Positions 29,880-39,908 are shown, numbered from the stretch's first letter. The stretch: DNA of 64,000 bases from a virus (IMGVR_UViG_3300014204_000112:32001-96000); one strand, 5' to 3'. Translations and numbers: made by a program. The notes: generated by a model from the letters alone, not told the origin.

Positions 29880-30997
29880 TGAAACTTGACAACATACGTA
29901 ACATATATCTCATCGGAGACACTCACCTTGGAGTAAGGAATAATTCAATTGAATGGTCAGCCATTCAGAAGGATTTCTTGCTGAACCATTTCATTCACAA
30001 GATCGATAAGGATTTTGATGAGGACAGAGATATTCTCGTTTTCGAGGGAGACATTTTCCATTATCGCGAAGCAATCAATGTTAGAATACACAATGAGGCG
30101 CTTGATATATTTACTGTATTGGGTAAAAAATTCAAACGTGGAGTATTCATCATCATAGGCAATCACGATACGTATTACAAGGATAATAGCGTGGTGCACT
30201 CTCTGAGGGCAATCGGTAATTTGGCCGACAACATTCACGTGTTCGAAAATCCGGACATCCTTACCATCAATGGAAAGCACTCGTTTCTCATGCTTCCTTG
30301 GCTCGAAGATTTAGCAAAACTGAACAGCGTAATAGCTGACCATCAGTCATTCTGTTCCTACATCATTTGTCATGCTGACATAAAGGGTTTCAAGCTAAAC
30401 AAGTGGGTGAAATTAGAAAAGGGATTGGAATCGGAGTCAATGAAATCGTACAAGCGAGTTTACAGTGGTCACATACACATTCGTCAGGAAAATGGAAACG
30501 TTCTGTACACCGGAACTCCATACCAAATGGATCGTGGAGACATTGGAAATACCAAGGGCTTTTACACGCTAAACGTTGAAGGAGATGAGATAGTCGAAAC
30601 GTTTACCAGGAATACGAAATCTCCCATTTTCTTGAAGATAGATCTTAGCGATCTCTTAGAACTGTCAAAACCTGAGATAATTGATCTCTTTGATAATAAT
30701 TTCGTGGACGTGATGGCCCGTATAGATTTCGTTAACAAATTTTCTGTGCCTCTGTTCATTGAAGAAATTGCAGGCTCAAAGCACAGAACCATTCAGTTCT
30801 TTACCTATTCGGAAAAAGAAAAGCTCAATGCACAAGCAGCCGATCCAGAGTTCAACATCGAGGACGGCTTCAACATCACAGATATTTTCAAGAGGTACTT
30901 GAAGACCAAAGATTACTCGAAGGAATTCAAGAGACAACTTGCCACCAAATTCGTTGAAATTCACGAAAACGTAAAACAAGAAAAGTCCTATGCTTAA
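29879..30997 (+). CDS. gp47: SbcD/Mre11-like nuclease (T4 gp47-like)
   Basis: GDTHLG, GDIFH, GNHD, SGHIH metallophosphoesterase motifs. Confidence 0.92.
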   Translation: MKLDNIRNIYLIGDTHLGVRNNSIEWSAIQKDFLLNHFIHKIDKDFDEDRDILVFEGDIFHYREAINVRIHNEALDIFTVLGKKFKRGVFIIIGNHDTYYKDNSVVHSLRAIGNLADNIHVFENPDILTINGKHSFLMLPWLEDLAKLNSVIADHQSFCSYIICHADIKGFKLNKWVKLEKGLESESMKSYKRVYSGHIHIRQENGNVLYTGTPYQMDRGDIGNTKGFYTLNVEGDEIVETFTRNTKSPIFLKIDLSDLLELSKPEIIDLFDNNFVDVMARIDFVNKFSVPLFIEEIAGSKHRTIQFFTYSEKEKLNAQAADPEFNIEDGFNITDIFKRYLKTKDYSKEFKRQLATKFVEIHENVKQEKSYA

Positions 30998-31481
30998 TCC
31001 ATTTGTCAGCGAGTACGTCGAAGTAATCAATTCCGGCAATGGAAAATTCATTGTCATTGCTAGAACAGACATCCCAATAAACACTGTCGTAGAGATATGT
31101 CCAGTGTCAATCATTACGATGAAGGATGCAATCCTTCTTGGTAAGGCAATGCCTTCAATTAAAGCTAAGATTTTTTCGGACGAATCTGTGATGGACAAAG
31201 AATACCAGATATTCGCCCAGCTTGGTGAATTGGAATTGGAAAAACGATTGGATGAGGGCAAAATATCAAGAGAAGAGTACGTAAGGATATTACGGTCAAA
31301 GGTAAATCCTTCCGCCCTATTGGAATTAAAATCGCACATCTTTATGCTCGGCAATGGATTACTATATCAGGTGAGCGAAACGCCTAACCTGGTGTGTGCC
31401 TATCACTCAGATCAAAAGGTATGCGTTTTCAAATCTGTTCGGTACATCGCAAATGGAACCGAACTCACTTACTACAAATAA
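30990..31481 (+). CDS. SET-domain-like protein (divergent)
   Basis: SGNGKFIVIARTDIP..TVVE N-terminal SET pattern; LYQVSETPN in place of NHSxxPN; RYIANGTELTYY C-terminal SET pattern. Confidence 0.65.
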   Translation: MLNPFVSEYVEVINSGNGKFIVIARTDIPINTVVEICPVSIITMKDAILLGKAMPSIKAKIFSDESVMDKEYQIFAQLGELELEKRLDEGKISREEYVRILRSKVNPSALLELKSHIFMLGNGLLYQVSETPNLVCAYHSDQKVCVFKSVRYIANGTELTYYK

Positions 31482-31488
31482 TCATCGA

Positions 31489-33153
31489 ATGAAGATACTC
31501 AATTTCTCATTTAGGAACCTGTGCTCGTACGGAAATAAATTGCAGAGCTTTACCTTCTCGGAGGATCCTCAGCTTATTTTAGTTGAAGGAAAGAACGGTG
31601 GAGGAAAGTCAACGATTTCCGATGCAATAACCTTTGCCATTTACAGTAAGTCATCGATCCGTAAGACAACTGCTCTGCCGAATCGACTCAATAAGAACGG
31701 GTACACCTACATCGATTTTATCACTGGAGCCGGAGACACTATTTCGATAGAACGTGGTCTCCAGCCAAATTTTTTAAGGTTAGCAATTAACGGAGTCGAT
31801 CACAACCTTCCTGACAAACGAAGGATTGACGAATTCATTGAGGATGAGCTAGTAAAGATCCCGTTCAATATTTTTTCGAACACGATAAGCTTGTCGATAA
31901 ACGAGTTCAAGAGTTTCGTAAAGTTAAGTCCAAATGACAAGAGGCAGATCATTGATAAGATATTCGGAATTGAGATCGTCAATGATATGTCGAAGAAGAA
32001 CAAGGAGGATCTCAAATCTCTGAGATTAGCTCTGCATACTCTTGACGTTTCTATCGACAGCAACACGACTACTCTTAACAATTCATTGGCCCAATTGACC
32101 AATATGAAGGAGGACCTGTCGGTCCTAAAGGATGCTCGTAAAAAGGAACTCGAAGAACGTATCGCTCAATTACAAGCTGACAAAGAACTGTATCAGAAAA
32201 ATTACAACGAAATGACGGTAGCCGCGACAGCTTTGGACAAAGCAGTCGCTGCAGCAAGAGAAGCAAGAACAGCAGCCCAGTTGACCATTGCTGATTGGCA
32301 GAAGAAGCTTCAGATTTACGAGAGCAATAAGTGCCCGCATTGTTTGTCAGATCTTACTGACGAGGGGCATTCGAAAATAAAGGACGAGATCGTTTGCAAG
32401 AAAACCGAACAGGAAAAATTACTCCCAGTCCTTGCTAAAAAGGTTCAGGAAGCAGAGATGACTTTGACAGAAAAGAACGGAGAAAAGGAATTCGCCAGAA
32501 ACCAGTTCTACAAGGTCGAAGCTATTCTGACACCATTGAAACGAGAGCTTTCATCCCTGTCGATAGATGAAATCGAAACTGAAGGTTCCGAATACATAAA
32601 CGGAGTCATCGAATCGATCAAGAAGACGCTCGAAGAAGCCAGAATCGAAAAAGGCAAGATCTCCGAACAGATCAAGATCTCTCAGGAAATGGAGGACATC
32701 CTTTCGGAGAACGGAATGAAACGTCTGCTAATGAGTCAAATCGTTCCAATTCTCAATAAGAAGATCCTAAGAACTGCAAAGATCCTCGATTTTCCATTCG
32801 CTTTCGAATTCAACATGGACTTCGATCCTATCATAACCCAATTGGGAATACAGGTTGACATAGACTCTCTTTCTACTGGCGAACAAAAGAAAATGAATCT
32901 GATAGTTTTGTTAGGCATCATTGAACTCATCAAGCTAAAGCACCACAGTGTCAATTTGCTATTCCTTGACGAAATATTCTCTTCCCTGGACGTGGAGTCC
33001 ATTTACCAGGTAGTCGACCTGCTGAAAACGTTCTCGAAAAAGTATCGAATGACCGTTTTTGTAATATCGCACGATCCGCTTCCTGAGGAACTATTCGATC
33101 GAAAGCTGTCAGTAAAGAAGATAGATCACTTCTCTGACATAGAATTCTCGTAA
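31489..33153 (+). CDS. gp46: SbcC/Rad50-like ATPase (T4 gp46-like)
   Basis: GKNGGGKS, CPHC zinc hook, LSTGE signature, FLDEIFSSLD, ISH. Confidence 0.93.
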   Translation: MKILNFSFRNLCSYGNKLQSFTFSEDPQLILVEGKNGGGKSTISDAITFAIYSKSSIRKTTALPNRLNKNGYTYIDFITGAGDTISIERGLQPNFLRLAINGVDHNLPDKRRIDEFIEDELVKIPFNIFSNTISLSINEFKSFVKLSPNDKRQIIDKIFGIEIVNDMSKKNKEDLKSLRLALHTLDVSIDSNTTTLNNSLAQLTNMKEDLSVLKDARKKELEERIAQLQADKELYQKNYNEMTVAATALDKAVAAAREARTAAQLTIADWQKKLQIYESNKCPHCLSDLTDEGHSKIKDEIVCKKTEQEKLLPVLAKKVQEAEMTLTEKNGEKEFARNQFYKVEAILTPLKRELSSLSIDEIETEGSEYINGVIESIKKTLEEARIEKGKISEQIKISQEMEDILSENGMKRLLMSQIVPILNKKILRTAKILDFPFAFEFNMDFDPIITQLGIQVDIDSLSTGEQKKMNLIVLLGIIELIKLKHHSVNLLFLDEIFSSLDVESIYQVVDLLKTFSKKYRMTVFVISHDPLPEELFDRKLSVKKIDHFSDIEFS

Positions 33154-33198
33154 ACCGATTCACTACTTTTAAGTAAAAGATCATACAAAAACAGTACG

Positions 33199-34083
33199 AT
33201 GATAGTATTCAAAGCAAAATCATTTGGCGAAGCATATAGGGATTCGCTAGCCCATGTCATGAAATACGGTCCAGAAAATGGTGCCAGAGGCACTAAAAGT
33301 AAGGAAATTTTGGACGTGGCTCTAGTCGTTGAAAATCCCGCACTGTGTCTTTACACTAACCCAGCCAGAAGCTCGCAGTTCAAGTACATCGCTGCAGAGT
33401 TCCTCTGGTATTACATGGGAAGAAAGGATGCAGCTTTCATTACGAAATGGGCCAAATTCTGGGATCAGATAAAGAACGATGACGGATCGTGTAATTCAGC
33501 TTATGGAAATTTGATATTCAACATTAAAAACGAGCACGGAATGTCCCAATACCAATGGGCAATGCTGAGCTTAATGAAGGATCCAAATACCAGGCAAGCT
33601 GTCATGCATTTCAACATGCCGTTACACCAGTACGAAGGAAATAAGGATTTCGTTTGTACGATGTACGTGAACATTCACATTCGTGACAACAAGTTGAATC
33701 TCAAATTGAACATTCGTAGCAATGATGCTCTATGGGGAACCCCAACGGATGCAGCATTCTTCTGTTCATTACAGATGCAAATGCTCAGTCACCTGAGACT
33801 TACCTATCCGGACCTTCAATTAGGAACTTACACGCATGTAGCCGATTCGTATCACGTTTACGACAGGCATTACGAGCTTACCGAGAAAATGTTAGAATCG
33901 GATTTCGTTCCGTGTGAATTACCTCCGGTCATGAATGATCTAATCAATCTCGATGGAACTCCAACTGGAGACCTAATCACTTTATTCAATCACGTTGACA
34001 CAGGAAACCCAGAATTTTTACTTTTCCAGGACGGCGAAGATATTTACAAATGGATTCACACAAACATTACTAAGACAAAATAA
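33199..34083 (+). CDS. Thymidylate-synthase-superfamily enzyme, dCMP hydroxymethylase (T4 gp42)-like
   Basis: NSAYG, DFVCT catalytic Cys, RSNDALWGTPTD (Asp at the base-specificity position), HVYDRH. Confidence 0.75.
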   Translation: MIVFKAKSFGEAYRDSLAHVMKYGPENGARGTKSKEILDVALVVENPALCLYTNPARSSQFKYIAAEFLWYYMGRKDAAFITKWAKFWDQIKNDDGSCNSAYGNLIFNIKNEHGMSQYQWAMLSLMKDPNTRQAVMHFNMPLHQYEGNKDFVCTMYVNIHIRDNKLNLKLNIRSNDALWGTPTDAAFFCSLQMQMLSHLRLTYPDLQLGTYTHVADSYHVYDRHYELTEKMLESDFVPCELPPVMNDLINLDGTPTGDLITLFNHVDTGNPEFLLFQDGEDIYKWIHTNITKTK

Positions 34084-34536
34084 ATGGCATCTAGCAGACA
34101 ACCGCTCATCGATCAAGTTTACATGGACATGGCTAAAATTTGGTCGAAATTATCTCATGCTTCGAGAAAGAAAGTAGGAGCATTGATCGTTAAAAATGGC
34201 ACAATCATTTCCGACGGTTACAATGGAACCCCTTCTGGTTTCGAAAATGAATGTGAGGAAGTGCTCAATGACGAACAGGGCAATTTCGTTGGTTATCAGA
34301 CGAAGTGGTACGTTCTTCATGCAGAGGCTAATGCCATCCTAAAGATCGCAAAGTCTACTCAGAGTTGCGAGGGTGCCACCATTTATCTTACCTGTTCTCC
34401 ATGTGCAGAATGTAGCAAACTTATCCTGCAGGCAGGAATTAAAAGATTGGTCTATGACGAAGAGTATCGGGATCTAACCGGTTTACAGCTTCTTCAGAGG
34501 GCAGGAATCGAAATCAAAAAAATGGAAAATGGATGA
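34084..34536 (+). CDS. dCMP deaminase
   Basis: GYNGTPSG, HAEANAI, SPCAECSK. Confidence 0.95.
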   Translation: MASSRQPLIDQVYMDMAKIWSKLSHASRKKVGALIVKNGTIISDGYNGTPSGFENECEEVLNDEQGNFVGYQTKWYVLHAEANAILKIAKSTQSCEGATIYLTCSPCAECSKLILQAGIKRLVYDEEYRDLTGLQLLQRAGIEIKKMENG

Positions 34537-34934
34537 TCGACGAAACTACTCGTGTACTACAAATTGTTTTCGTAAGTGATCAGAAACAATTCATTCAAGT
34601 ACTACAGAAAAAAAGAAAATCAGATTATTTACTGAATGTCAATAAAATAATACGGGACAAGTTTGGCCATGAAATCGTGGTTCCGAATAAGATCCAAGCA
34701 TTCTTGATCAATTACGAGATTAAGAAAATCATTGACAAAGCAGTAAACGTTCGGAACCGTAAGTACGAGAGAATCGTTTACATCAATTCGAATTTAACGC
34801 CAAATACGATACTGAACACAATTGACTTTCTGACTAGCACGTATGGAGAGGTTCATTTCGAACCATTGTTAATCGATTTGGAAGAGGACATTTCTCCGCA
34901 TATCAACATAAAGACAATAAAAAAGGGGCTATAA
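34533..34934 (+). CDS. Hypothetical protein
   Basis: 133-aa ORF with ATGA coupling to the deaminase. Confidence 0.65.
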   Translation: MIDETTRVLQIVFVSDQKQFIQVLQKKRKSDYLLNVNKIIRDKFGHEIVVPNKIQAFLINYEIKKIIDKAVNVRNRKYERIVYINSNLTPNTILNTIDFLTSTYGEVHFEPLLIDLEEDISPHINIKTIKKGL

Positions 34935-34949
34935 AGCCCCTTTCTTTTT
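34921..34949. terminator. Bidirectional terminator
   Basis: aaaaggggct-ataa-agcccctttcttttt between convergent genes. Confidence 0.8.
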
Positions 34950-34967
34950 ATCTATTGAGTTCCTGAG

Positions 34968-35669
34968 TTATGCTCCAGTCTGATCGTCTTCCTGTCCGGG
35001 TTCGGTTCCTTCGTCTTCCTTAGGCTCTCCACCTTCTTCTTCGTCTTCAGGTTTGCAAATCTTCTCGACTGCTGCACACAATAAGTCGCAAACTGCGTCC
35101 TTTTCGATTTCCATTTCTTCGGCGATTTTGTCGATGAGCTCATTGAGATCATCTCCGAATTCGTCCATTACTTTTTCTAACTGTTCTTCGTCTACTTCGT
35201 AGCCAAGATCAGGAGTTTCTTCGGTGTTGTCACCGCCCATTGCGCCAAGGTCATCAACAGGTTCTTCAGCTTCATTTGGCATCTGATTCATCTCGTCGAA
35301 GTTTTCGTTCACGAATTGTTCAAATCTCATGATTCTACCTTCTTCTACGGACTCGGTTGCGATTGTTGGTTTTGCGTACATAACTTCAGTTGGTTTTTTC
35401 TTTGCGTCTCTGGATACTTTGTCACGGGTGACTGCTTTCCACGTGGTATCGTAATTTGGCTGATTCATTTCTTCTCCAGTTTGCGGGTTATGCAAATTTC
35501 CTTCGAAGTCACGATTTCGTTGCACTATTCTTTGATATTTATTCAAGGACTTGCGCTTATTTCCCTCGAAATCACTTTTTTCATTGGGTCCACCAAAAGG
35601 AGGTTTCTTTGGGTCCATGTACTGGTCCATTGATGGGTGGTCTCTCCTATTTACATCGAACATGTCCAT
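34968..35669 (-). CDS. Acidic hypothetical late protein
   Basis: Internal IMRFEQFVNE motif; very acidic C-terminus. Confidence 0.65.
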   Translation of the reverse strand: MDMFDVNRRDHPSMDQYMDPKKPPFGGPNEKSDFEGNKRKSLNKYQRIVQRNRDFEGNLHNPQTGEEMNQPNYDTTWKAVTRDKVSRDAKKKPTEVMYAKPTIATESVEEGRIMRFEQFVNENFDEMNQMPNEAEEPVDDLGAMGGDNTEETPDLGYEVDEEQLEKVMDEFGDDLNELIDKIAEEMEIEKDAVCDLLCAAVEKICKPEDEEEGGEPKEDEGTEPGQEDDQTGA

Positions 35670-35687
35670 TTCTTATATCTTAATTTT

Positions 35688-36290
35688 TTACTGACCAACT
35701 CTGGTTTCGACGTAACGGTCAGCAACGAACGGAACAGTTAGGGTAGCGATCTGATCCTGTAAGTAATCTAACTGAAGTTCATTGAACTTTGCAGTATCGA
35801 GGAACACTGGAGAGAATACGAATTCCCTGTAAATCAAACCGGCCTTATTGAACATCGTTATCTGAACGATAGCTGGGTTAGCACTCGAACCTGCGTAATC
35901 ACGTTTTAGTCCCTGAGCACCGGTCATAGGATCGTAGATCAAATTTGCCCATGCTCTGAATGCATTGTAAATGTAGTTGTCGTTATCGTCATTCAAGTTC
36001 AATGAGAATTCGATTGTAAACTTCGACAACGTGGTTGCAGGTTTTGCAGCAGAGTATGCTCTTTCTGCAAACTTGTACCTCTGAACCTGTAGAGGACCTC
36101 CAGCATTACCGGAAAGTTCAGGTAATGGCCCAACCTTATTAACATGCTCCAAACTGAGGTTGTTGTTGAATCCAATCTTAGTCGAAACTGCCGGTGGAGG
36201 GGTAATTATTACTTCAAACTGGTTGAGGTATAACGGTTCGTATCTTCCAGGACCAGCTGTGTGATTTTTGAAATGAGGTAGACCAGCCAT
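35688..36290 (-). CDS. Tail tube protein (gp19-like)
   Basis: EPLYLNQFEV, RAWANLIYDPMTG..GLKRDY, ELQLDY...LTVPFVAD tube-type pattern; late promoter upstream. Confidence 0.75.
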   Translation of the reverse strand: MAGLPHFKNHTAGPGRYEPLYLNQFEVIITPPPAVSTKIGFNNNLSLEHVNKVGPLPELSGNAGGPLQVQRYKFAERAYSAAKPATTLSKFTIEFSLNLNDDNDNYIYNAFRAWANLIYDPMTGAQGLKRDYAGSSANPAIVQITMFNKAGLIYREFVFSPVFLDTAKFNELQLDYLQDQIATLTVPFVADRYVETRVGQ

Positions 36291-36356
36291 CTTGTATTGT
36301 GTTTTTTGTTTATTTATTTATTCGTGTCTTAATGAATTCCATGAGGATGAAAGTTA

Positions 36357-37274
36357 CTACTCTTTCTTAGTCACGTGTTTCCTGTTTTTATATATCTCCT
36401 GTTTTACTCGAGCAAAACGTTCTTCTTCCCTGCTCACACGTATGCCGCTCATGAATTTCAACTTATCGCGATACTCAACTTCTTCTTCGGATTTAGGAGT
36501 CACGTGCTTTTCACCGACTGTGAACGTTAAGTCAAGAGTAGGAAGAACTTGCACTAGCAGATTCATTTCGTCTTTGGTTGTGAACTCGTCAATTTCCATC
36601 CGTTTGGATGCCATCAGGCCAGTTTTAACTTCTAGCCATATCCTTTTCGAGTTGTCCAAAGTTTCGTCTCCTAGCTTACGCACTAAGTTTTCCGAGATCT
36701 TATGCCGTATCCTAACGTTTGCACTGGACACCTGGCAGTCTATCATTCGTATCTTCTCACCATGAACTATCACGGTGTACGTCTCGGGTCCCTTGGAATC
36801 AGCAGGCTCATTAGTTTTAGCAGGTTCATTAGTTACCTCATCTTTCGGATTGGGTGAACCAGGAGCGCTTGGTTTGCTAGGTTCGCTTGGTTGATTCACA
36901 GGTTTCTGTGGAACGGTTGGAACCTGAGATACTGGCGCTTCTACTTTTTGAATAGCAGTAGGTCCAGTGGTCTGCAGAGCAGTGTTTTCGACAGAACCGA
37001 GCATAGCTTTTGCTTCGGAAACGTTTCTGAATTTTGCATCGATCACGGCATTTATCTGTTTTAGGAGAGTAGTTAGCGTATCAATTGACGTGTACTTGTA
37101 ATAGGTGGCCAGACCCTGAGCCTTGGTGTAATGCAGATCTGGATAAACGGAGGTTTCGTGCAGCGTTATTTCCTGATCGGTCTGATCCCACGTGGGCTGT
37201 TGTCCAACTCCTGTGCTTTTCCAAGTTATCTTGAAACTAGCAATGGATTCAGCAATTACTCCGTTCCCTATCAT
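36357..37274 (-). CDS. Hypothetical late protein
   Basis: 305-aa ORF with a Pro-rich linker. Confidence 0.65.
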   Translation of the reverse strand: MIGNGVIAESIASFKITWKSTGVGQQPTWDQTDQEITLHETSVYPDLHYTKAQGLATYYKYTSIDTLTTLLKQINAVIDAKFRNVSEAKAMLGSVENTALQTTGPTAIQKVEAPVSQVPTVPQKPVNQPSEPSKPSAPGSPNPKDEVTNEPAKTNEPADSKGPETYTVIVHGEKIRMIDCQVSSANVRIRHKISENLVRKLGDETLDNSKRIWLEVKTGLMASKRMEIDEFTTKDEMNLLVQVLPTLDLTFTVGEKHVTPKSEEEVEYRDKLKFMSGIRVSREEERFARVKQEIYKNRKHVTKKE

Positions 37275-37277
37275 TTA

Positions 37278-37610
37278 TTATCCGATTTCTTTGTCACCCC
37301 GAAATTCTTTACCCTTGTTGGATTTCTTTTTCTTAGGATCGACAGGTTTGTAATTCGCCCAAATCTCATTGTAGATTCGGCAGGAAGCTCCCATGAAGTT
37401 AACGATACCGATGTATTTCTTTCGGTCGTCTCCGTGCATTTTAGAGATCTTCTTTCCGATCGTCCGAGCATCGCCGAGATCGAGTTCTTCGTCGTCGGCT
37501 TTTCCAACTAGGTCCTTAAGGGAATTTTCTTCCCTAACGGGCTCTACTGGAACCATCGACGTCGAAAAGGACTCAAACGTTTGGTGCACTTTATTTGACG
37601 GCTTGGTCAT
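37278..37610 (-). CDS. Hypothetical late protein
   Basis: 110-aa ORF in the late operon. Confidence 0.6.
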   Translation of the reverse strand: MTKPSNKVHQTFESFSTSMVPVEPVREENSLKDLVGKADDEELDLGDARTIGKKISKMHGDDRKKYIGIVNFMGASCRIYNEIWANYKPVDPKKKKSNKGKEFRGDKEIG

Positions 37611-37620
37611 CGTGAGATTA

Positions 37621-38037
37621 TTATTTTTTGTAGGACGATACCTTCTTTACCTGAGGATTAGGTGTAACTTTTCCGATTGGGAGGTTTGCCATGTTAGGCT
37701 TCACTTCTTTCGAAAGAGGTTTTCCCTTGATGACCAGGTTTGTATTGGCCTCGGTTGCTACCATTTTCTTTGGTTCGGAACCCTTTTTCGTAGGAAGAGC
37801 AGTCGTACCGGTTTTCACGCTTTTCGAAGGAACACTACCCTTACCCTTAGGCATGTCAGCCATTTCAGGTTTTACGGTTTTTGTGGTTGCTTTTCCTTTA
37901 CCAGCTGGAAGGGCAGAAGTTTCAGTGCCTACTGACTTCGTGATTTGTTTACCTTTAGCGGGCGCTCCCTTAGAAAGTTCTTGGTTCATCTTTTTTTCCA
38001 AAAGATATTCCTCATAACTTAAAACTGACTTTGACAT
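37621..38037 (-). CDS. Lys-rich repetitive protein, putative DNA-binding head internal protein
   Basis: About 19-aa LPxxKG...KxV repeats; N-terminus MSKSVLSYEEYLLEKK. Confidence 0.65.
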   Translation of the reverse strand: MSKSVLSYEEYLLEKKMNQELSKGAPAKGKQITKSVGTETSALPAGKGKATTKTVKPEMADMPKGKGSVPSKSVKTGTTALPTKKGSEPKKMVATEANTNLVIKGKPLSKEVKPNMANLPIGKVTPNPQVKKVSSYKK

Positions 38038-38075
38038 GTCGATTTCATTATTTTATGCGATTGATTCTCGCTAGG

Positions 38076-39788
38076 TTATTTATCAATGCTTGGTTGATAA
38101 TTCTTAGTAAATAGCCAGTTGCCGCATTCGAACGTTCTATAACGACCAGCATCGTGCATTATTTCAACTGCCGTCCTGGTGTCAGTGGAGTCCTTATCCA
38201 CCAGTTTATGCTTCATGAAGTTCATACGATTCATACGAATGCCGTCGATTACCCATGAATGACTTGACGTTCTTCTTTCCAGGATGAATCCTAATTTTGA
38301 ATAGACTGATCTAGTAGGATCCGGCGATATGTCTATGTCACAGTAGCTTATCAAGGTCTCTGGATTGAATTCGCGAACGAACGCTGTAAGAAGTTTTGAT
38401 GCTCCGCCAATTACCGATATTCCCAATTTGGTGCAAAGTCTATCGACTTCCCAGCGTTCATTTTTTCTAGTAAACGTCATGACTGAAGCTAGTCCAGCTT
38501 TATCGCTAAGACCGAAGGCAACTGTGCAGTATTTTCCGCCTTTTAGGTGATTTTCCTCACAGAACGAATATGCTGTTGAATTCGGTATTCTCGAGCATTC
38601 GTACTTCCGAGCGTACGTTACTGCTGATTTGCCCAACCAATTCAGGATCATGCTTTTTACGATCGCCGGTTTTAATTTCCAATCGTCCTCCCAAACGTTG
38701 AATATTCGTATACCACTCGATAATGCTCTTTGACTTTTATCGAAATGATACTCTTCCGATTTTTCCATCTCGCTATGCCAGTACGTACCGTTTACTTCTA
38801 TTCCGATTTTTAAGTCCTTAACGTATATGTCAATTTCCGATTTTTTTAGAACGGACTTGCAATTCAGTAGAATTTCGTTAGCCTCGTAATTTTCAATGAC
38901 GAAATTTGCAATTTGCTTCTCCAAATTGGAACTCATTGAAATGACTGATCTATTGCAAATTATGCAAGGATCAATGTTCATTCGGAGTTTGGAATTCACA
39001 GTACAACCGGCTGCTATGAACTCTCCACCGCATCTATCACATTTTAACTTGTACGTTTGTGTTTGTGGTAAGTATTCAACGATCGACATTTCGAATTTTG
39101 CAAGCTTCTCATTGGCGATCCGCATTGACGTTCGTTTATTTGAAACTTGTATTTTCTCTATGATACCTCTATTTTTTGCTGCGTTTTCGAAACCATATAC
39201 TTTAATATTGGTTAGTTTGGTTTTTTCCAGACTGAACATATTTATCGTTCCATTTCGATCCATTGTTGTTCTCTGCTGACGATCATGTATTTCTTTATTC
39301 TGTAAGGCATGCTTTACTCCATATAATTTCATTGAGGTTTTTTCACCAGTTTCGCGAAGTGTACCCTTCCAATTATGGTCTACTCCATACAAGGCAAGCA
39401 TGGTTTTTTTATACTGATCCTTTGTTGATTGTAACTTAGTTGGATGGTCGACTCCGTACTTAATGAATGTGTTTTTGCGTAACGTGCTTAACCGATTGAT
39501 ACTGATACATTCCTTAGCTCCACATGTCTTAGCGTATCCCTTGGAATAATTGATAAACGCTTTCAATTTTCCACACGTGCATAGACCTGATGTCTTTGGA
39601 TTTGAAATAGTATACAAAATTTGGTGAGGGTCATCTGGTACCTGCAATCTATTAGACAAAAACTTTCGTAGGTTTGAATTATTTCGTATTATCGATAGCT
39701 CTTTTTGTATTCTTATGTTCTGCTCTTTTTTTTGAATGAGCGACTCTGTTAAGTATTGTAGGTATCCATTATTGTCCAGGGGTTTCAT
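38076..39788 (-). CDS. Hef-like putative homing endonuclease (PD-(D/E)xK domain plus GNAT-like C-terminus)
   Basis: KYGVDH repeats, CxxC motifs, EIDIY...IGIEVNGTYWHS nuclease motif, C-terminal GGASKLL...SYCD...VYSKLGF. Confidence 0.75.
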   Translation of the reverse strand: MKPLDNNGYLQYLTESLIQKKEQNIRIQKELSIIRNNSNLRKFLSNRLQVPDDPHQILYTISNPKTSGLCTCGKLKAFINYSKGYAKTCGAKECISINRLSTLRKNTFIKYGVDHPTKLQSTKDQYKKTMLALYGVDHNWKGTLRETGEKTSMKLYGVKHALQNKEIHDRQQRTTMDRNGTINMFSLEKTKLTNIKVYGFENAAKNRGIIEKIQVSNKRTSMRIANEKLAKFEMSIVEYLPQTQTYKLKCDRCGGEFIAAGCTVNSKLRMNIDPCIICNRSVISMSSNLEKQIANFVIENYEANEILLNCKSVLKKSEIDIYVKDLKIGIEVNGTYWHSEMEKSEEYHFDKSQRALSSGIRIFNVWEDDWKLKPAIVKSMILNWLGKSAVTYARKYECSRIPNSTAYSFCEENHLKGGKYCTVAFGLSDKAGLASVMTFTRKNERWEVDRLCTKLGISVIGGASKLLTAFVREFNPETLISYCDIDISPDPTRSVYSKLGFILERRTSSHSWVIDGIRMNRMNFMKHKLVDKDSTDTRTAVEIMHDAGRYRTFECGNWLFTKNYQPSIDK

Positions 39789-39850
39789 ATCGCCGATAAT
39801 TAGGTTTTAATTTATTTATACTAAATATCGTGTAATTTTTGCAAATTCAC

Positions 39851-39883
39851 ATGAAAAAAGCTCCACATGGGAGCTTTTTTCAT
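39851..39883. terminator. Terminator after the major capsid gene
   Basis: atgaaaaaagctcc-acatg-ggagcttttttcat. Confidence 0.85.
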
Positions 39884-39908
39884 ATATCAATTAAGATTTA
39901 GTATCGGT

